Program-made: the position numbers and the translations under genes
Shown: piece by piece, positions 53,701 to 62,700 of the stretch
Position numbering within the stretch: position 1 is the first letter of the stretch
Layout of the letters: the number at the start of each line of letters is the position of its first letter
Assembly (NCBI RefSeq): GCF_963506605.1
Contig: NC_083277.1
Coordinates: 56,854,001-56,918,000 of the forward strand
Length of the DNA: 64,000 nucleotides
Direction of reading: 5' to 3'
Source: Zootoca vivipara
Lineage: Eukaryota
The notes under the pieces: generated by a model
Database searches by the model: none
What the model was told of the DNA's origin: nothing
The model's input: only the letters and a program-made list of their open reading frames with translations

Positions 53701-56700
53701 GGCAGCGGAGTGGAGGAGCAGGGCTGTGCTTGCATTCCCCAAGCAAAGACTTCACACCCTCTATATAAACCAAAGGCTCCCTTTCTAGTCAATCATTGAA
53801 AGCAGGATAAAATATTCCATCTCTCTCCCCCCCCCTTTTCTTTAAGCAAAGTGTTCTTATTTTACACTTCCCCAAGCGGAACACACTCAAAGCCTCTCCC
53901 TCCTGGCCAGAGGTTCGAGTAACATCCTGCGGCTTCCAGTTCCTCTTTGTGGTAAACGTCATCCTTCCAGAGCCCTCTGGCTCTAGATGTGCTACTTAGA
54001 GCACCAGCCTCTGCAACAGAAATCTATCCAGAGAAGGAGGCATCTCCTCCTGCTTCTCCTTTCCCCATCACCATGCTAACTTCTCCTGGAAGGAAGGAAG
54101 GAAGCTGCAAAGGGAGGGGGAGAGAAAGGAGGAGGGAGCAAAGCCCATATAGTATTCTTTTATTTTAAAAAATGGATAGGAAATATAACCTAGGAAACGT
54201 GAATCAGAGGGGACGGAAGCAGGAATTAAGGACTGTAAGGGAATGGAATTTCTGCAGAGTACATTATAAAAGGTGGTAGGTGTACACTCAGCGTACAGTG
54301 ATTCTCGCTTTCTATATGTGAAAGCGAATTTAGCTCATCCTTGCCCTTCAATTGTATGCTTCCATCCACACCACAGCAGATCTCTTTGGGCAGCAGGATT
54401 TGCCCTTTTGAAGTGACTAAAGAGGGAATCCTGCTTTGTCTCGTTTCCCTGTCCTTATGCCAGAATGAGGAACCGTTTTCAGCCCGAGTGACAGGCCACA
54501 TTCCCTTCCTGGGGCCTCAATGGGCAGAGTCATTGGTATGACTCCTACCTTTCCTACAGTAAAAGCCAGAGGTTTCTACACATGCCCACAGCATGCCCAC
54601 ATCCAGGCAAACAAGAGGCATTATCACAGCTCAACAGCATATTCTTGCCATGCAAAAGCACTTGAGGGGGATGCAGAGCAGGGTCAGTGAAGGGCACAGC
54701 TTGTGGATGGAGGTGGGTGGCCTGGGACAAGTCCCAGGAGTCATTCAGAGAGGCCTGGAGGTCCACCTCTGGCCCTGGTTCTGAGGTTTCCCACCCCTGT
54801 TCTACATAAGAATTGTGGCACCAGGAAGCTGCCATGCAGGTACAACCTAAGACTATCTGTGAGGGACAAGGGATACAGGGAAGTCCCTCCCATCTTAAGT
54901 TCCAGCCCATCCCCAAGCGCTGGAGAGAGTAAGGAGAGCTCTGCCTCCAGCGGAGAGTCAGGAAGTGGTGTCCGAGGCTCAGGCAAGGTTGTGGAGCCCA
55001 TGCCTCAGGTGGGACAGGAAGTTGGACGCACGGGGGGGAGGCCAATCCCCCCAACTCCCGAATTGCGACGCAAACGTAGGGGGAAGAGGTTGGGTCTGCC
55101 AAAGCTTTGGTGCTGGAAGAAAACGCGCCAATCGCCATTCGGAGGTTCTGACACCTCACCTTAAGGATGCATTTTTACTGCTCTGAACACTGTAAATAAT
55201 CAGCACTTAATAAAAGCCTTAAAAGACCATGCTGGAGTCGTTACTCTAGAGTAGCCATATCAGGCCCTCTGACAGCAACCTCCGAATCTTTTTTTGGCTA
55301 CTTTGGAGTGCAGCGATGAGCGCTCAAGAGGCTGAGCAGTGGAGGCTGGAGGCCGAAGCAGCGAAGCAGGAGCTACGGAACCTCACAGCACAGGCACAGC
55401 AGCAATTGCATGCCGCTCAGGAGGAAGCGCGAGGGGCGCAGGAGGAGCTGAACAAGCTGGTGGACCAGGTGAGGACAAAAGAGGAGACTGAGAAACAGCT
55501 AAGGGTGATGGTATTGGACCTGCAGAAAAAGTTGGAAGAGGAGAAAGCCGCTAGAGGTGGGGGGGCGCCCCAGCCGCAGCTAGTCCAAGTGAGAAGGGGA
55601 CAGAGCCTAGTCACCAAGTTTAGCGGCGACCCTAGGGAATACCTAGGATTCGAGACAGAAATAAATTATGCGCTGGAATTGCATGCAGCAGAATTCCCAG
55701 ATGACGCGCACAGAGTCTCCTTTATCATAGAGCATTTGACGGGGGCCGCCCGGGAATGGGTAAGACCGCTCATCGCGCAAAAAAATCCTTGCATGAAGAA
55801 CGCAAAATTATTTCTAGAAGCTTTAAAAATAATGTACGCTAGTGACAGTGAAATGGAGGCCACTAAACAGGAGCTTCATAACTTAACACAAGGAAAATCG
55901 ACAGTGAGGGACTACTGGGCGAGATTCACCATGCTGGTGCACAAACTGGGGTGGGATCTGCAAAGTGAGCCAGTGAAATCAGCCTTCTACCTGGGTTTGC
56001 ATGCAGATGTTAAGGATGAGCTGGCAAGAGGTCCTAGACCGCGGACTATGGATGAGTTAAGCAAAGCGGCGCTAGCGGTGGGGGTGAGACAGGAATCCAG
56101 ATGGTATGACAAACAAGCGACGCGCGCAGCAAAACCTTGGTTCCCACGCTCCCAGGACAGACCACATCACCAAACCCCACCCCAGGGACCACCCCCAGAC
56201 CCGCCCAGACCAAGCCCAGAGCCAGAACCGATGGAGATCGGTGGAGCGCGCGCGCGGGCTTTTCAAACCCCGGCGGCGCCAAGACGCAAGGAGGGAAGGG
56301 GCGGGAATTGCTTTCTCTGCAACTCCCCCCGGCATCGCGTCAGAGACTGCCCTCATCGCAGAGAGTGGCAAGGAAAGGCGGGAACGGTTGTACCTTCCCC
56401 CACTGAAGCAGCACCACAGCAGGGAAACGAGACAGCCTGGCTGCAGGAGACAAGGGGCAGCAGCCAGGCACAGTCAGCAGACAACAGCCCCAGCCCGCCC
56501 ACCCGCACAGAGAGGAGCAGAGCCAGCCCACCCCTCCCAGAGCAGGAGTGGTTCTAGAAGTCACGCTAACGCTCCCAAATGGCTATCCCCTGACTGTCCT
56601 CGCCTTAATTGACAGTGGTGCCTCAGCCAACTTCTTCTCGAGAAACTTTGCAGAAGAGCACCAGATCCAGCTTCTGCAGCTGGATTTTCCCCTGCACGTA

Positions 56701-59700
56701 GCCACCATTGACGGCAGAGAGTTGCTGGGAGGGGCCATCACTCATCAACCCCCCCCCCCATGAGAATGACGGTGGGAAGGCACTCAGAGACACTGGCTTT
56801 CAACGTCACAACCATCTCAGACCCCCCCATCGTTTTGGGAATGAGCTGGCTGGCGCGCCACGACCCCTCCATAAGTTGGCACCAGAGATGCATCACGTTT
56901 GGGTCGGACTTTTGTCTGGAACATTGCATGCAGCACCAACCAGGGGAGGGGCCTCCAATAGCCACGGTGGCCACCATGCATGTCAAAGGGGGTGAGGCGA
57001 TACCCAAGCAGTACTGGGACCTGCAGGAGGTCTTCAGCGAAGCGGAGTCCGACCACCTACCCCCACACAGGTCTTTCGACTGCCAGATCAACCTGGTACC
57101 AGGGGCAACGATACCCCCAGCCAAGCTGTACGCCATGTCAGATCAGGAACTCGAGGATTTGCGTGCGTTCATAGACAAGAACCTCAAACGGGGGTTCATC
57201 AGAGAAAGCAAGGCAGCAGGAGGCAGCCCGGTCTTCTGGGTGGACAAGAAAGACACGCAACAGCGCCGTCTTGTGGTGGATTTCAGACGGCTCAACTCAG
57301 TGACAGAGCCAGTGGCTTTCCCCATGCCCAGAGTGGACGATCTCCTGACAGCGGCACGCAGGGGCAAGATTTTCACCAAGCTAGACCTGAGGGGGGCGTA
57401 CAACTTGATCAGGATCCGGGAAGGCGATGAGTGGAAAACCACGATGTTCACGCCTCTGGGCTCTTTTGAATATCTGGTGATGCCCTTCGGGTTGCAAGGG
57501 GGCTCAGCATGCTTCCAGGCCTTCATGCACCACGTCCTGGGGTCCCTTCTCTTCAAGAACTGCCTGGTCTTCCTGGATGACATCCTTATCTATTCCGCTG
57601 ACCCAGTGCAACATGTGAAGGATGTCAGGGAGGTGTTGCAACGCCTGAAGGAGAACCACCTGTATGTGAAGCTGGAGAAGTGCAAGTTCCACCCCAGGGA
57701 AGTGGACTTCCTGGGCTACAAGCTGTCAGACAAGGGGCTGGCGATGGACAAGGACAAGGTGCAGGCCATCCTGGACTGGCACAGCCCCAGGACGCGCAAA
57801 GATGCCCAACGCCTCCTAGGATTCGCCAACTTCTACAGGAAATTCATCAAGAACTTCTCGCGGGTTACGGCTCCCATCACGGATTGCCTGAGAGGCAAGC
57901 AGAAGTTCAGGTGGACGCCAGAGGCGCAAGCAGCGTTCGAAAGCCTCAAAAGGGTGTTCGCGTCCGACCAGAACCTGTTCCACGTAGTGCAGGATGCGCC
58001 CCTACGCATTGAGACCGATGCTTCGGACCGGGCTTTGGGAGCGATCCTGTTGCAACTGGACGCCAACAGAGAGTGGAGACCTTGTGCCTTCTTCTCCAGG
58101 AAGCTGACACAGCCTGAACGCAACTACACGGTGTTTGATAGGGAACTTCTTGCGATCCACGCTGCTTTCCAGCACTGGCGACACTTCCTGGTGGGCGCCA
58201 AGCACCCCATCCAGGTGTGCACAGACCACAAGAACCTGGAGTTCTGGAGAACGGCCAGGGTGCTCAACCAGCGACAGATACGGTGGGCAGAGTTCTTCTC
58301 GAACTTCAACTTCTCCATCCACTACATCCCGGGGGAGCAGAATGTCAGGGCGGATGCCCTCTCCCGCAAACCAGAGTACATGGAGCAGGAGTTGCCACCA
58401 GCGCCCAGGCACATTTTCCCCCCATCAGCATGGTCCTGCGGAGCAGCAGTGGTGAGCGAGGCAGAACTCACCGCACTGACGGCAGCAGATGAGTTTGCCT
58501 CCCGCATCTTCAGAGAGCTGCGAGGGGGGAGGGAGCAGGCTAAAGACTTTGAGGAAAGGAGGGGTTTGCTTTTTTACAGGGGAGCCCTGTACCTGCCCAC
58601 CAAACAGCTGAGAGGTAAGGTCCTCAAGCAGATGCACGACAACCCAATGGCGGGTCATTTCGGAAGGGACAAAACCACTCACCTAGTTATGAGACACTTC
58701 TGGTGGCCAGGGGTGCGGGAGGATGTGAGGGATTATGTAAGGGGCTGTGACACCTGCCAGCGAGCAAAGGTGGTCAGAGCGCCACCAGCAGGTTTGCTGG
58801 AGCCCTTAGCCACACCGCACAGGCCGTGGGAAGTAGTGTCCATGGACTTCATCACAGACCTGCCGTCGTCCAGGGGCAAGACCGCAGTGTTGGTGGTGGT
58901 GGACCTCATGTCCAAAATGTGCCACTTTATACCGTGTGCCAGGGCGGTCTCGGCAGAAGAGACGGCCAAACTGTTTGTTGACCACGTATTCAGACTGCAT
59001 GGATTGCCTTTAAGAGTTATTTCGGATCGTGGCCGCCAATTTGTTTCCAGGTTCTGGCGGCAGCTAATGAACCTCCTGCAGGTGGAGGTCAGTTTGTCTA
59101 CGGCTCGGCACCCGCAGACCAATGGACAGGCGGAGCGGGTCAACGCCATTCTGCAGCAGTACCTGAGATGTTACGTCAGCCAGAGGCAAACGGACTGGGT
59201 GGATCGCCTGCCACTGGCAGAATTTGCCTACAACAATGCGGTGCACGTCTCCACAGGGGTGTCGCCCTTTAAGGCCAACTACGGGCGCGACCTCAGATCT
59301 TTCCCGGAGAGGGAGGGGGAGGAGGAGGAAGAGGGCCCACAGGCAGAGGATTGGGCAGAGGACCTGGAGACGGTGCACCAGCAGCTCAGAGAACACTTGG
59401 AGAGGGCCAAGGAAGCGTACAAGAAGGGGGCAGATCGCCACAGGCGACCGGGAGAGGTCATCAGGGTGGGGGACAAGGTTTGGTTATCCTCGGAAGGTCT
59501 TCCCACCAGGGGGCGATGCAAGAAGTTAGCACCCAGGAGGCTGGGCCCCTTCACGGTCACGCAACAGGTCAACCCGGTAGCCTTCAGGCTAGCACTGCCT
59601 GAGGACATGAGAGTGCACCCAGTGTTTCATAGATCACTGCTGTCGCCGTACAGAGAAAGTACTAGGTTCAGGGACAGCGATCAGCCTCCAGAGGGAGGGG

Positions 59701-62700
59701 GGGAGACGGGAAACGCCCGTCAGCTCAATGAGGCAACTGAGATTTTAGACTCAAGGAGAGGGGTGAGAGGGCTGGAGTACCTGATAGCATGGGAGGACAC
59801 TCCGCCGTCCCACAATGAGTGGATACCAGCCACGGAAGTACCTGAGGAATTTTTAGTAGAAGAGTTCCACGCCCTGTTCCCCCACAGGCCCAAGCCCTGG
59901 CACATGGAAAGGGAGGAAGAGGGGGAGGGGCAGGAGGAAGGGATCGCAGGCAGCAGCTCTCCATGGAGATGGGAAGCGGAATTTGAGGATACGGAAGAAG
60001 AGGTGTGGGTTTCACCGAGGTCGACGACGTCAGAGGCAGGAGAGGACTGGCAGAACATTTTTACTCCCACCAGCTCTGACGCCACTGACTTCTTGGGATT
60101 CCCGTCTTCTCAGGGGGAGGGGGAAAGATCGCCGGATTGGGGGAAAAATTTTACACCCACAGGCTCGGATGCCACAGACTTCTTGGGGTTTCACTCGTCC
60201 CCAGCAAGCAGAGAGCCCCTAGGGAGGGGGGGGGAGGAGCCTGGGAGGGGGGTGGATGTGAGGGACAAGGGATACAGGGAAGTCCCTCCCATCTTAAGTT
60301 CCAGCCCATCCCCAAGCGCTGGAGAGAGTAAGGAGAGCTCTGCCTCCAGCGGAGAGTCAGGAAGTGGTGTCCGAGGCTCAGGCAAGGTTGTGGAGCCCAT
60401 GCCTCAGGTGGGACAGGAAGTTGGACGCACGGGGGGGAGGCCAATCCCCCCAACTCCCGAATTGCGACGCAAACGTAGGGGGAAGAGGTTGGGTCTGCCA
60501 AAGCTTTGGTGCTGGAAGAAAACGCGCCAATCGCCATTCAGAGGTTCTGACACCTCACCTTAAGGATGCATTTTTACTGCTCTGAACACTGTAAATAATC
60601 AGCACTTAATAAAAGCCTTAAAAGACCATGCTGGAGTCGTTACTCTAGAGTAGCCATATCAGGCCCTCTGACACTATCCTTCAGCATAAAAGTCTCCCCT
60701 CAATCCACTGCTGCTAGTATCTATTTGGCTACTCTTGCCTAGTACCTTCCTGTTTGGGGGGAAGGAGAGTCAATTAGACACTGACAGGTCATGGCACGTA
60801 GCAGGAGAGCACCTCTTGACAAATGTCTTCACACACAACCCATTCTCTAGATCCCACGGCCTAGGTGGCCTGCCCTTTGCACTGAGCTCGTACCTTGTGG
60901 TTTCTTGCTGCCGTACCAGCAGCAGGTGAGTGATGGCTGCACGATGGGCACGTGGGATGCAGTGCTTGGTTGTCAGGCCCTTCTTGCCTGGAGTTTGATA
61001 GGTGTCAAAGATCAGCAGCTTCTTGTCATACCTGGGAAGGGAAGGGAACGTTGAATCTACTGAATCTGGACTCTGAGGCTGACGTGGCTTAAACCTCCCC
61101 GTGGTGGGAGAGGGAGCTTTGGTTTCAAAGCAGAGCCGCAGATCCCCTCCTTGGGAAAATGTGTATGACTCACTGCTTTGTCCTTCGCAGTCATCCAGAA
61201 ACCACATTATTACTGTCACCTTGTTGGAGACCATCTCACTGCCTTCCACCAGGGCCTGTTTGATAAGGTTCTGCATGACACGATGAGTAGCATATGATAG
61301 AAGCATTTCACAAAGCAGTAAGTATCACAGAGGGTCTGTACTTTGAACCCATCTGCAGACGGAGCCCATTCTTCATTCCCGCAACTCCCAACTTACCCTG
61401 CTGTGTATATTTGGTTGTCCAGGCAGGCGATGCAGGACACAATGTCTGTGTGTGTGTGCTCGGAAAAGCCCCGGGCCATGTGGACCACGTGGCCAGATTC
61501 TCTCCTTTCATCCAAAGGGAAAGCCATCAGGCGTCCCTTGCTGCCACAAAGCAGAAGATGCCGAGCCAGGCTGATGGACAAGGTGAAGATAGGGTACCCT
61601 AGCTGGAGGGGGGGAAAGCGGGGACTGGCTTGAGTGCAGGAAGACTGTGCACAAAATAATAGGCTCTAAGGCAGGCATCCCCAAACTTCGGCCCTCCAGA
61701 TGTTTTGGACTACAATTCCTATCTTCCCTGACCACTGGTCCTGTTAGCTAGGGATCATGGGAGTTGTAGGCCAAAACATCTGGAGGGCCTGCTCTAGGGA
61801 CTCAGGGAGGCAATACTACCTAGTTCTCGCCCTGCAAGACTTTCTGGAAGGGCCTGGTCTTACATAGATTTTATTGGAGTTAGACCATCAGGGCACTCGA
61901 GGCCCAGAAGACAGCAAAATCTAATCCTGATTTCAGTGCTTTTTAAAAAGAAATAAAAGGTGCCGGTACTCACCATGAAGTTGTTACAGTGTCACACTTT
62001 TAACATTTGGTGTTTGGCGGCGGGGGTGGTGGTGGTGGTGGTGTTGGTGTTGGCACAGAAAACCCTTGATTACCCCCCAGAATAAAGCATTGCCTATTTT
62101 TCAGAATGAACATTACACTTCAAGGGCTCAAATATTTTATTTCTTACATTTCTCTACGGCCCTTCATCCGAAGATGGTTTACAAAATAAAAACACAAAAA
62201 TGTACAGCATACTAACAAAAACAATACCCCACCCCCAGTTGAGAAGGCCATAGATTGTTTAGTTAGTCAAATAATATTTAGGAAGCTGTCTTCTACCTCA
62301 GGGACAGGAACCTGCAGCTCTCCATATGCTGTTGGACTACAACCCCCATTATCCCTGAGGCTTGGCTGGGGCTGATGGGAGTTCTGGAAGGCCACAGCTT
62401 AGGCACTCCGGGTCTGCATTGACTGGGAGCAGCTTTCCAGGGTGTCAGACAGATGTCCTTTCCAGCGCTACCTGGAGAAGCCGGGAATTGAGCCTGGGGC
62501 TTCCTGTATGCAATGCATGTGCTCTGCTCCTGAGTTGCAGCCTTTCGTGGGAATACTGGTTGGGGCAAGTTCTCCTTTATCCTCAGAAGCCTCAGTTAGT
62601 AGGTGCAGAAAGTGAGATCTCTACCTAAACTGCAGATGTAGCATCCCAGGAATCCCCAGAATTCCTTGAGCAATAAGAGCTTAGCACAATCACTCTCTGA

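Larger units (their letters stand above)
54858..60673 (+). mobile_element. Full-length Ty3/gypsy LTR retrotransposon (chromovirus, Tf1/sushi group), antisense in an intron of the WD40 gene
   Basis: Two 417-bp TG...CA LTRs; 5-bp TSD CTATC (54853-54857, 60674-60678); gag followed by PR-RT-RNaseH-IN-chromodomain; polypurine tract GGGAGGGGGGTGGA at 60243-60256. Confidence 0.98.

Noticed and set aside
54703-55164. 153-aa ORF sharing its C-terminus with Pol
   Set aside because: It is the 5' LTR copy of the U3-encoded Pol tail fused by chance to flanking intron sequence, and lies upstream of the predicted TSS
56738-60537. Numerous antisense and alternative-frame ORFs within pol
   Set aside because: Expected shadows of a long GC-rich ORF; none has recognisable motifs, and no env-like ORF is present
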